A stretch of 32,000 nucleotides of DNA from Rhodococcus indonesiensis. GTDB taxonomy: Bacteria; Actinomycetota; Actinomycetes; Mycobacteriales; Mycobacteriaceae. The stretch lies in NCBI RefSeq assembly GCF_030360185.1, contig NZ_JAUBOF010000017.1; one strand, given 5' to 3'. Under the pieces are notes generated by a model. The model did no database searches, was not told where the DNA came from, and worked only from the letters and a program-made list of their open reading frames with translations. Shown here piece by piece: positions 7,735 through 14,988 of this stretch (positions within the stretch are counted from its first letter, which is position 1; each line of letters starts with the position of its first letter). The translations under genes and the position numbers were made by a program.

Positions 7735-8685
7735 ATGGCTGCCCCCACAGCAACTTCCACCGCGCCCAGGAACATGGCATGGATCCCCGGCGGGACATTC
7801 TGGATGGGGTCGGAGGAGTTCTATCCCGAGGAGCGTCCCGTGCACCAGGTCCGGGTCGACGGGTTCTTCATGGACGAGCATCCGGTGACCGTCGCCGAGT
7901 TCCGGCGGTTCGTGAAGGACACCGGGCACGTCACCACCGCCGAGACGGCACCCGATCCGCGGGACTACCCCGACGCGGAACCCGAGCTGCTGGTGCCGGG
8001 GTCGCTGGTCTTCGTGCCACCGCCAGGTCCGGTGCCGCTCGACGACTACCGCCGCTGGTGGGCGTGGACGCCGGGCGCGCAGTGGCGGCACCCGGAAGGG
8101 CCCGGCAGCACCGTGGCGGGACGCGACCGTCACCCGGTCACGCACGTGTCGCACTTCGATGCGCTCGCCTACGCGCAGTGGGCCGGCAAGGAGCTGCCGA
8201 CCGAGGCGGAATGGGAGTTCGCCGCGCGCGGTGGCCTGGATCGGGCGCGGTTCGTGTGGGGCGACGAGTTCGCTCCCCACGGCCGCTACCGCGCCAACAC
8301 CTGGCAGGGCCGCTTCCCGTGGGAGAACACCGGCGAGGACGGCTTCGTGGGGACCTCGCCCGTCGGCTCCTACCGTCCCAACGGCTACGGACTGGTCGAC
8401 ATGGCCGGCAACGTGTGGGAGTGGACGGCGGACCACTACACCGCGCACCACGGCGCCGACGGTCGGGACACCGCCCCCGCGCACGCCTGCTGCATCCCCA
8501 GCAATCCCCGTACGGGTGCCGGCGACGAGTCCGGCCCGTACCCGCGGCGCGTGATCAAGGGTGGCTCGCACCTGTGCGCGCCGAACTACTGCCTCCGCTA
8601 CCGTCCGGCGGCGCGGCAGGGCGAGTCGGTCGAGACGTCGACGTGCCACATCGGTTTCCGCTGCATCGTGCGCCCGGACAGGTGA
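7735..8685 (+). CDS. Formylglycine-generating enzyme (FGE/SUMF1 family)
   Basis: MAWIPGGTFWMGS, HPVTHVSHFDALAYAQWAGKELPTEAEWEFAARGG, GNVWEWTAD and RVIKGGSHLCAPNYCLRYRPAAR (the catalytic Cys pair region). Confidence 0.9.
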   Translation: MAAPTATSTAPRNMAWIPGGTFWMGSEEFYPEERPVHQVRVDGFFMDEHPVTVAEFRRFVKDTGHVTTAETAPDPRDYPDAEPELLVPGSLVFVPPPGPVPLDDYRRWWAWTPGAQWRHPEGPGSTVAGRDRHPVTHVSHFDALAYAQWAGKELPTEAEWEFAARGGLDRARFVWGDEFAPHGRYRANTWQGRFPWENTGEDGFVGTSPVGSYRPNGYGLVDMAGNVWEWTADHYTAHHGADGRDTAPAHACCIPSNPRTGAGDESGPYPRRVIKGGSHLCAPNYCLRYRPAARQGESVETSTCHIGFRCIVRPDR

Positions 8686-8950
8686 CGAGGCCGACGACCG
8701 CCGCCGGGTCGCGCTCGCCACCCACTGACCGGTCGACTGCGCAGTTGTCGTGACGACACCCCGATGCGGGCAACGACAACTGCGCAGTCACGGACGACCG
8801 ATGTTCAGCGAGCGGCGCCTCCCCGCGGCTCCCGGCCGTGATCCAGAACGCCAGCACCGCACCGGCGAGCGCGGCGACGGCAGCCACGAGGAACGCGACG
8901 AAGAACCCGCGGCTGTCGTAGACGATTCCCGTCCCGTCCGCTGTCACCAC
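8555..8950 (-). CDS. Possible small membrane protein (weak call)
   Basis: The N-terminal 45 codons have high GC3 and one clear TM helix (FFVAFLVAAVAALAGAVLAFWI). It is divergent from the IclR gene across an AT-richer gap. Against the call: the ORF reads through the 8735-8789 hairpin and overlaps the FGE 3' end by 131 nt, so the C-terminus is doubtful. Confidence 0.25.
   Translation of the reverse strand: MVTADGTGIVYDSRGFFVAFLVAAVAALAGAVLAFWITAGSRGEAPLAEHRSSVTAQLSLPASGCRHDNCAVDRSVGGERDPAAVVGLVTCPGARCSGNRCGTSTSRPTRPAAPPDGSGGSSSARTGASHP
8735..8789. terminator. Perfect 17-bp inverted repeat (GACTGCGCAGTTGTCGT / ACGACAACTGCGCAGTC), 21-nt loop
   Basis: Read directly: arms at 8735-8751 and 8773-8789, starting 50 nt after the FGE stop codon. 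No U-tract, so it is a stem-loop rather than a canonical intrinsic terminator. Confidence 0.45.
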
Positions 8951-9104
8951 GTGCCGGGTCAGTGCTCACCGCGTTCGCGCACTCGGCGAAGTTCCCGCTC
9001 GTACTGTGGGTGCTGCTGTTAGGAATCGGTATGGGCATCGCGACCGCGTCCATCCTGTGTTTCTCTTCACGGTCCGCCGCCGAGCTGTTAGAGTCACCAC
9101 AATC

Positions 9105-9126
9105 ATTGATTGATCGCTTGATCAGT
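9105..9126 (+). promoter_or_regulatory. Operator-like motif, copy A: ATTGATTGATCGCTTGATCAGT
   Basis: AT-rich 22-mer ending 31 nt upstream of the IclR GTG. 18/22 identical to copy C and shares the 16-mer TGATCGnTTGATCAnT with copy B. Confidence 0.45.
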
Positions 9127-9156
9127 AAAGGACCCTCTGTCGCAGTGGGAGGCATA

Positions 9157-9930
9157 GTGACGACGCACAACGATGTGCCGGTGGCGGTGATCGATCGCGC
9201 TGCCCGGCTGCTCGAGGCGTTCCGCGACAGCGAACGGCTCACCCTGGCCGAGCTCACCCGCTTGACGGGCATGCCCCGCTCGTCCACGCACCGGTTACTG
9301 AACCAGCTCGTCGAGATCGGCTGGGTCCGACGGGACGCACCCGCGTACTCGCTGGGCACGAAGATGCTCGAGCTCGGCTCCCTCGTCCAGCACAACGACG
9401 CCCTCCACCGAGCCGCACTACCCGTCATGCACGAGTTGCACGGCCGCACCGGCCTCGTCGTCCACCTGGCGGTCCTCACGGGCACCGAGGTGCTGTACCT
9501 GGAGAAGGTCGGCGGACCCTACTCGATGCGCATCCCCTCCCGCGTGGGTGGCCGGCAGCCGGCACACTGCACGGCACTGGGCAAAGCCCTTCTCGCACAA
9601 GGGCAATACGATGTGGAAGCGCTCTTCGCCGATCATCCCCTCCCCGCCCGGACCCCGCACAGCGTCACCGACCCGGGCCGGTTGCGCAGCGAACTCGCCC
9701 GCATGCGCGAGCAGCACGTCGCGCACGAACGCGACGAGGCCGCGCCCGGCGTCTCCTGTGTCGCGGCGCCGATCGGACCGGCCGGCAAGTGCGTCGGAGC
9801 ACTCTCCCTCAGCGGTCCGTCTGCATCGATCCGCGCCACCGCCCTGGCCGCCCCGGTGCGCGTGGCCGCACTGACCACGTGGCGGCGCTTCACCCACCTG
9901 CGTGCCGGAAACGCCCGGACTGCGGTGTGA
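9157..9930 (+). CDS. IclR family transcriptional regulator
   Basis: GTG 9157 is preceded by GGGAGG. wHTH region LTLAELTRLTGMPRSSTHRLLNQLVEIGWV, then an IclR effector domain (GKALLA..., SCVAAPI). The part of the ORF upstream of 9157 is AT-rich and looks non-coding. Confidence 0.85.
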   Translation: MTTHNDVPVAVIDRAARLLEAFRDSERLTLAELTRLTGMPRSSTHRLLNQLVEIGWVRRDAPAYSLGTKMLELGSLVQHNDALHRAALPVMHELHGRTGLVVHLAVLTGTEVLYLEKVGGPYSMRIPSRVGGRQPAHCTALGKALLAQGQYDVEALFADHPLPARTPHSVTDPGRLRSELARMREQHVAHERDEAAPGVSCVAAPIGPAGKCVGALSLSGPSASIRATALAAPVRVAALTTWRRFTHLRAGNARTAV

Positions 9931-9936
9931 CACCGC

Positions 9937-9954
9937 ATTGATCGATTGATCAAT
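9937..9954 (+). promoter_or_regulatory. Operator-like motif, copy B: ATTGATCGATTGATCAAT (ATTGATC-N4-GATCAAT palindrome)
   Basis: Lies between the IclR stop (9930) and the TetR start (10002), ending 48 nt upstream of the TetR ATG. Confidence 0.45.
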
Positions 9955-10001
9955 AGATGTGGCACAATGGACCGGCCGACGACCGAGTCCCGAGGAGTGC
10001 C

Positions 10002-10589
10002 ATGGATCCGCACGAGCGCCGCCGCCAGATCCTGGACAGATCCGCACACCTCTTCGCGTCCAAAGGGATTGCGGCGACGACCATCCGGGAGATCGCCGAC
10101 GAGGTCGGCGTCTACTCCGGAGCGCTCTACCACTACTTCCCGTCCAAGGAAGCGATCGTCACCGAATTGATCCGCGAGTACATCGACGACCTGAGCGGGC
10201 GGTGTCGCGAGATCACCGCGCAGTCCCAGACCCCGGTCGACCGGATCGAGGCACTCGCGTTGCTGGCCCTGTCCACGTCGGAGGACTACCGCGGCGCCAC
10301 GACGATCTGGCAGCGCGAGGGCGAGTACATGCGCGACCGCCTCGTGGAGGCCGACCTGGCCGAGACCGCCGACGAGGTCGAGAGAGCGTGGCGGGCGGCC
10401 ATCGCCGACGGCGTGGCCGAGGGGACGTTCCGCGACGACATCGACCCGGACGTGTTCTACCAGCTGATCCGTGATGCCGTCTGGCAGGCACCGCGGTGGC
10501 ACCGACCGACGTCGGAGCGTTCCAACGCCGATCTCGCTCGCGAGATCACCCGCATCTTCGTCGACGGCTTCCGCCCCCGCGCCGAATGA
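10002..10589 (+). CDS. TetR/AcrR family transcriptional regulator
   Basis: ATG 10002 is preceded by GAGGAG. HTH region RRRQILDRSAHLFASKGIAATTIREIADEVGVYSGALYHYFPSKEAI. Confidence 0.85.
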   Translation: MDPHERRRQILDRSAHLFASKGIAATTIREIADEVGVYSGALYHYFPSKEAIVTELIREYIDDLSGRCREITAQSQTPVDRIEALALLALSTSEDYRGATTIWQREGEYMRDRLVEADLAETADEVERAWRAAIADGVAEGTFRDDIDPDVFYQLIRDAVWQAPRWHRPTSERSNADLAREITRIFVDGFRPRAE

Positions 10590-10620
10590 CCGGCCACGGG
10601 GGCGTGCGCACATCGACCGA

Positions 10621-11754
10621 TCAGGCCCGACGTGCGAGGGTCTCGTCGACCTCCTTCTGCCAGTTCTCCAGCGCACGGGTGGTGTCCACCTCGAATTCGA
10701 AGCGCTGCACCATTTCCGGGGTGACGTCCTCGACGTCGACGAAGAACTGGCTGTACCAGCGACGCAACTGGTAGACCGGGCCGTCCTCCTCGGTCAGCAA
10801 CGGATTCTCGATCCGGGTCTTGTGCTTCCAGATCTCGACGTCCTGCTTGAACTGCGTCTCCACGCCCTCGGTGAACATCGTCGCCATCGCAGCGGCCTCC
10901 TCGTCCCCGACCCCGTCCACCTTCTTGACGACGGTGCCGAACTGCAGCACGAACGAGTCCTGCGTGACAGGGTAGTGGCAGTTGACGAGCTTGGTTTCGA
11001 CCGTCACATCCCCGGACACCGTGTAGACGGTGTCGAGCATGAAGGACGGACCGTAGTACATCGCGTCCGAGATGGTCTGAGAATCCGGGAGGTCGAGCTG
11101 CACACCCGTCTTGATGTCGTCGCGGCCCGTCGAACGCATATGCTGGGCGGCGACGTGCCCTTCGAAGACATTCTTGAAGTACTGCGGCATCTGGAAATGG
11201 ACGTAGAAGAAGTGCGCCATGTCGACGACGTTGTCGACGATTTCCCGGCAGTTCGACCCGGTCACGTGGAAGGTGTTCCACGTCCACTCGCTCCAGACGT
11301 CGGTCCCGTAGTCGGGGATCTCCGGGATCGTCACGTCCGCCGGCGGCGGATTTCCCTGCGGATCGTTCCACACGAACAGCAAGCCGTTGCGCTCCATGCT
11401 GATCCACGACTTCGTCCGGGCAAGTTTGGGTGTGCGGCGGGCGTACGGGACTTCCGCGCACCGACCGTCGCCACCCCACCGCCAGTCGTGGAACGGGCAC
11501 GCAATCGTGTCGCCCTTGATCTCGCCACGCGCCAGATTGCCGCCCATGTGGCGGCAGAAGGCGTCGAGCACGTGCAGGGCGCCCTTCGAGTCCTCGAAGA
11601 CCACCAGATCGGTTCCGAAAACCTGTATCTGGTGCGGCTTTCCGTCGTGGAAGGCCTTGGCCAGGCCGAGGCAGTGCCAGCCGCGGGCATACCGCGTCGG
11701 GTTGGTCCCCGTCTCGATGCTCCGAACCTCGATGGTCTCGAGTTCGACAGTCAT
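10621..11754 (-). CDS. kshA: 3-ketosteroid-9-alpha-monooxygenase oxygenase subunit (Rieske, KshA-type)
   Basis: Rieske motif CRHMGGNL...CPFHDWRW, then the non-heme iron region NVVDMAHFFYVH. N-terminus RYARGWHCLG. ATG 11754 is preceded by GGAGGA. Confidence 0.9.
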   Translation of the reverse strand: MTVELETIEVRSIETGTNPTRYARGWHCLGLAKAFHDGKPHQIQVFGTDLVVFEDSKGALHVLDAFCRHMGGNLARGEIKGDTIACPFHDWRWGGDGRCAEVPYARRTPKLARTKSWISMERNGLLFVWNDPQGNPPPADVTIPEIPDYGTDVWSEWTWNTFHVTGSNCREIVDNVVDMAHFFYVHFQMPQYFKNVFEGHVAAQHMRSTGRDDIKTGVQLDLPDSQTISDAMYYGPSFMLDTVYTVSGDVTVETKLVNCHYPVTQDSFVLQFGTVVKKVDGVGDEEAAAMATMFTEGVETQFKQDVEIWKHKTRIENPLLTEEDGPVYQLRRWYSQFFVDVEDVTPEMVQRFEFEVDTTRALENWQKEVDETLARRA

Positions 11755-11801
11755 GAAGTCCTCCAAGTGATGTGCTTCCAGGTGCGGCGACGCCGGACCG
11801 G

Positions 11802-12053
11802 CTACGGTTCGATCTGCTGGGGTTCGACCCGGCGGGAGGGCACGAGCCGGCCGTCGCGCACGGCGCGATCGACCGACTCGTGCAGCGCCCCACAGCGGGG
11901 CAGGTAGGTCGTGGTCTCGTCCGCGATTGCCGCCGAAGCGAATTCACGGCACGTCTCGTGGGCCGGTCCGGTCCATTGAATGCTCGTGTGTACCGGGCTG
12001 TACTTCGCCACCAGCACCTTGTTGCCACACGTGTGGCACTCGAGCGACTGCAT
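11802..12053 (-). CDS. Small Cys-containing protein (83 aa), possible zinc-ribbon
   Basis: MQSLECHTCGNKVLV...ETCREF...PRCG contains a CxxC plus two further Cys. Strong SD (GAGGAAGGAAG) and high GC3. Ends 47 nt upstream of kshA. Confidence 0.6.
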   Translation of the reverse strand: MQSLECHTCGNKVLVAKYSPVHTSIQWTGPAHETCREFASAAIADETTTYLPRCGALHESVDRAVRDGRLVPSRRVEPQQIEP

Positions 12054-12214
12054 CCGATCACTTCCTTCCTCGGGTACACCGAGCGTAGGAAGTTCCCCGC
12101 TCCGTCGCTGCGGGGTGTCAGCTCAGCGGGACACCTGTTCGCCGGGCCGGGCCGGTTCGAGCACGTCGGGAATCTGCACGTTTCTCTCCTTCGGGTGTTC
12201 GTCCGTGGATCGGT

Positions 12215-12970
12215 TCATCGCATGAGCGCCTGGCCGCCGTCGACGGGCAGTGAGTGACCGGTGATGTACTGCGCCGCCGGGCTGCACAGGAACACCACCG
12301 CCGGGCCGATGTCGGTCTCGGGGTCGCCGAGACGACCGAGGGGTACGGTGTCGAGGTAGGCCCGCGCCTCGTCCGGGCCGTCCTGCGCCCAGACCTCGAG
12401 CGCGGGTGAATTCGCGAGTGGGAGAATCGCGTTGACGCGGATTCCGTCGGCCGCCCACTCGCATGCTGCCGTGCGGGTCAGCACCCGGATTGCTTCCTTG
12501 GCGGCCGCGTAGCCGCCGTATCCGGACGGGTCCCAGCGCACTCCCGCCGCGGACCCCAGGTTGACGATCGAACCCCGGCCCTTCAGGTGGGAGTGGCATG
12601 CCCGCATCAGGCGCAGGGTGGCGGTCGGTCCCGAGTCCATTCCCCGCTGGTAGACCTCCTCGTCCAGCTCGAGCAGATGGCCGTGAACGGTGGTCTGGGC
12701 GTTGTTCACCAGGATCGACAGTCCGCCGAAGCGCGCGACGACCTGCTCGACCAGACGGTCGATGCGATCCGCATCGGTGACGTCGCACTCGAATGCGGCC
12801 GCGCGACCACCCCGCTCCTCGATTTCCGCCGCCACCTTCTCGACCTTCTCCGCCGTCCGGCCGGCGAGGGCCACGCGGGCCCCGGCCGCCGCGAGCGCGA
12901 GGGCGATGCCGCGACCGACGCCCTGGCCCGCCCCGGTCACCAGGGCCGTCTCCCCGTTCAGACAGTTCAC
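12215..12970 (-). CDS. Classical SDR family oxidoreductase (FabG-like)
   Basis: TGAGQGVGRG (cofactor-binding motif), NNAQ, and S...YAAAK (catalytic). GTG 12970 is preceded by AAGGAGGA. Confidence 0.9.
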   Translation of the reverse strand: MNCLNGETALVTGAGQGVGRGIALALAAAGARVALAGRTAEKVEKVAAEIEERGGRAAAFECDVTDADRIDRLVEQVVARFGGLSILVNNAQTTVHGHLLELDEEVYQRGMDSGPTATLRLMRACHSHLKGRGSIVNLGSAAGVRWDPSGYGGYAAAKEAIRVLTRTAACEWAADGIRVNAILPLANSPALEVWAQDGPDEARAYLDTVPLGRLGDPETDIGPAVVFLCSPAAQYITGHSLPVDGGQALMR

Positions 12971-12984
12971 GTGCGTCCTCCTTC

Positions 12985-13006
12985 ATTGAGTAATCGATCA
13001 ATCAAT
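12985..13006 (-). promoter_or_regulatory. Operator-like motif, copy C (reverse strand): ATTGATTGATCGATTACTCAAT
   Basis: Starts 15 nt upstream of the SDR start codon, next to its SD. It sits in the divergent gap to the ERCC4-Lsr2 gene, in the same orientation relative to its gene as copies A and B. Confidence 0.45.
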
Positions 13007-13082
13007 CGCCAATGATGCCCCGACGGCACGAACCGGCAGACAACTTCCGCGCACAGTTCCACTGGATGGGAACCTGACAGCT

Positions 13083-14030
13083 GTGGAAATGGTGATCGCG
13101 GTGAACCCCGACCCGGCGTCCAAGCTGGGCTACCTGCTGCGCGTACCCCTCGACGGCGGGCTGGTGTTCCGGACCTCCGGCACCTGGCCGCGCACGAAGG
13201 CGCTGTACTGCCACCCCGTGCCGAGCGAGGAGTGGCCCGACGACCCCGAGGTCGTCGAGCGCGTTGCCGTCCGGTCGTGCGCACGCCGCGGCGCGGCGAT
13301 CGACCTGGTGCTCGACCGCGGTCGCGAGAACCGCTCACAGATCGTGTACACCACCGCCCGCGGACGCGACGTCGTGTTCTGGCAGTCCCCCCGCACCCGC
13401 AAGCAGGCCCGCCCCAACGTGCGCACTCCCACCGCCCGCGCCGCGGGCGTCGCCGACCTGCCGATCGTCGTCGACTCGCACGAGCGCTACGCCTACCGGT
13501 TCGCCGACCAGCAGGTCGTCCTCACCAAGCGGGCACTGCCGTGCGGTGACTACGGCGTCTTCCACGACGAGCGTCTCGTGGCCTCGGTGGAACGCAAATC
13601 GATTCCGGACCTGGTAGGCAGCCTGACGAACGGCACCCTGCGCTACGCACTGGCCGAGCTGGCGGCGCTGCCGCGCGCCGCGGTCGTCGTCGAGGACCGA
13701 TATTCGGCGATCTTCGCGCTCGACCGGGTGCGGCCGGCGACCGTCGCCGACGGCCTGGCCGAGCTGCAGGTGCGCTGGCCGAACGTGCCGATCGTGTTCT
13801 GCGACACCCGTGCACTCGCCGAACAGTGGACCTACCGGTATCTCGCGGCCGCCTACGTCTGGGCCGAGACCGAGAGCCCGGCCATCGCCCGCATCGCCGC
13901 GCCCGCCACCGCGGCGCCGTCGACGGCCGAGGTCCGAGCCTGGGCCCGCACGCAGGGCCTACCCGTGCCGGACCGCGGCCGCCTCCGCCCCGAGGTCTGG
14001 CAGGCGTGGCGCGCGGCTCACCCGGACTGA
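13083..14030 (+). CDS. ERCC4 (XPF/Mus81-type) nuclease domain protein with a C-terminal Lsr2-type DNA-binding domain
   Basis: ERCC4 signature: IVVDSHER ... LPCGDYGV ... VERKSIPDLVGSL...AAVVVED. C-terminal STAEVRAWARTQGLPVPDRGRLRPEVWQAWRAAH matches the Lsr2 C-terminal domain pattern (IREWAR..G..V..RGRIP..V..AY.AA). The start is ambiguous (GTG 13083, ATG 13089 or GTG 13092). Confidence 0.8.
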   Translation: MEMVIAVNPDPASKLGYLLRVPLDGGLVFRTSGTWPRTKALYCHPVPSEEWPDDPEVVERVAVRSCARRGAAIDLVLDRGRENRSQIVYTTARGRDVVFWQSPRTRKQARPNVRTPTARAAGVADLPIVVDSHERYAYRFADQQVVLTKRALPCGDYGVFHDERLVASVERKSIPDLVGSLTNGTLRYALAELAALPRAAVVVEDRYSAIFALDRVRPATVADGLAELQVRWPNVPIVFCDTRALAEQWTYRYLAAAYVWAETESPAIARIAAPATAAPSTAEVRAWARTQGLPVPDRGRLRPEVWQAWRAAHPD

Positions 14031-14046
14031 TGCGATCGCCGACGAT

Positions 14047-14089
14047 GCACTTCTCGTGACGGCGCGCCGGGCGATGGCACGAGAAGTGC
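14047..14089. terminator. Perfect 12-bp inverted repeat GCACTTCTCGTG / CACGAGAAGTGC between convergent genes
   Basis: Arms at 14047-14058 and 14078-14089, with a 19-nt GC-rich loop containing the palindrome CGGCGCGCCG. Lies between the ERCC4-Lsr2 stop (14030) and the USP stop (14135). Confidence 0.45.
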
Positions 14090-14134
14090 TCACTCACCGG
14101 AACATTGGGCGCAACGCTACGGACGGGGCACCGA

Positions 14135-14983
14135 TCACCTGGCGCGAGCACCGGTGTCCGGCACCACCAGGACGTCCGTGGTGGCGTGTCGCAGCACGTG
14201 CTGGGCGACGCTGCCGAGCACTGCGTATTCGAGGGCGGAACGCTCCCCGGTTCCGACAGCGATCAGCTCGGCGCGGTGCTCGGCTCCGATCTCCGGAATC
14301 ATCGAGGGGGCGTGGCCGGATTCGATGCGGGTATCGGCGGGCTCGGGGATCAGGGTCGCGGCGAGTTCGTCGAGGTGGAGGCGGATCTGTTCGGTGCTGA
14401 CGTGCCGCAGCTGCGCCAGCGCGGCGTCGTCGGCGCCGTGCAGTCGCATGAGTTGTTCGCCCATCACGACGGACACGTGTACGAGAACATGGTCGGCCTC
14501 GGGGGTCCAGGCTGCGGCGGTGTGGGCGGCCGAGGTGGCGGCACGAGAGGTGTCGACGGCCAGGAGGACGGTCTGGTAGGGGCCGGCCGGTGGATTCTTG
14601 ACCACCAGTACGGTCGCGGTGCTGGTGCCGACGAGACGTTCGGCGGTGCTGCCCAGCAACGCTCCGGCGAGCCGGCGGGCTCCGTGCGCGCCGACGACCA
14701 GCAGGTCGGTGTCTCGTTCCCGGGCGAGGGCGCCGACGGTGGAGGCGACATCACCGGCCCGGACCACGCCCTCGATATCGCCGCCGCAGCGGCGCAGATG
14801 GTCCGTCAGGAGAGTGTGCGCGCGCCGCGTCGTCTCCGGTGCGGCCGGGGACGGCACGACCTGCACGGCGGTGAGCTGCGCGTGGTGCTCGCGGGCGAGT
14901 TGTGCAGCGCGGCGCACCGCGTCGGCCGCGCCGTCGGACAGGTCGGTGGCGACCAGGATGTGCCGAAGAGGGGACGTGTCCAT
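14135..14983 (-). CDS. Tandem-domain universal stress protein (UspA family)
   Basis: Two USP repeats: HILVATDLSDGA...DLLVVGAHG....GSTAERLV and VLLAVDTS...ELIAVGTGERS...LGSVAQHVLRHATTDVLVV. This is only the 3' third of ORF 14135..16963. ATG at 14981-14983, 5 nt after the ATPase stop. Confidence 0.85.
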   Translation of the reverse strand: MDTSPLRHILVATDLSDGAADAVRRAAQLAREHHAQLTAVQVVPSPAAPETTRRAHTLLTDHLRRCGGDIEGVVRAGDVASTVGALARERDTDLLVVGAHGARRLAGALLGSTAERLVGTSTATVLVVKNPPAGPYQTVLLAVDTSRAATSAAHTAAAWTPEADHVLVHVSVVMGEQLMRLHGADDAALAQLRHVSTEQIRLHLDELAATLIPEPADTRIESGHAPSMIPEIGAEHRAELIAVGTGERSALEYAVLGSVAQHVLRHATTDVLVVPDTGARAR

Positions 14984-14988
14984 CGTGC

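Noticed and set aside
7612-8721. 369-aa reverse-strand ORF, plus the 340-aa forward ORF at 7731-8753
   Set aside because: These are antisense and off-frame shadows of the FGE gene (7735-8685). They show the Arg/Ala/Gly/Pro-rich low-complexity composition typical of non-coding frames in high-GC DNA, with no motifs.
8962-9156. N-terminal 65-codon extension of the IclR ORF
   Set aside because: This stretch is AT-rich, contains operator copy A and lacks coding-type GC3. GTG 9157 has a GGGAGG SD and yields a normal IclR N-terminus.
10457-12079. 540-aa (minus) and 478-aa (plus, 10471-11907) ORFs over the kshA region
   Set aside because: These are shadow ORFs. The kshA frame has unambiguous Rieske and iron-binding motifs and an SD-ATG start.
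9105-13006. KstR or KstR2 operators as the identity of the three AT-rich motifs
   Set aside because: The motif TGATCGnTTGATCAnT does not match the KstR (TnnAACnnGTTnnA) or KstR2 (AnCAAGnnCTTGnT) consensus as I recall them. It is treated as a distinct, unassigned operator.
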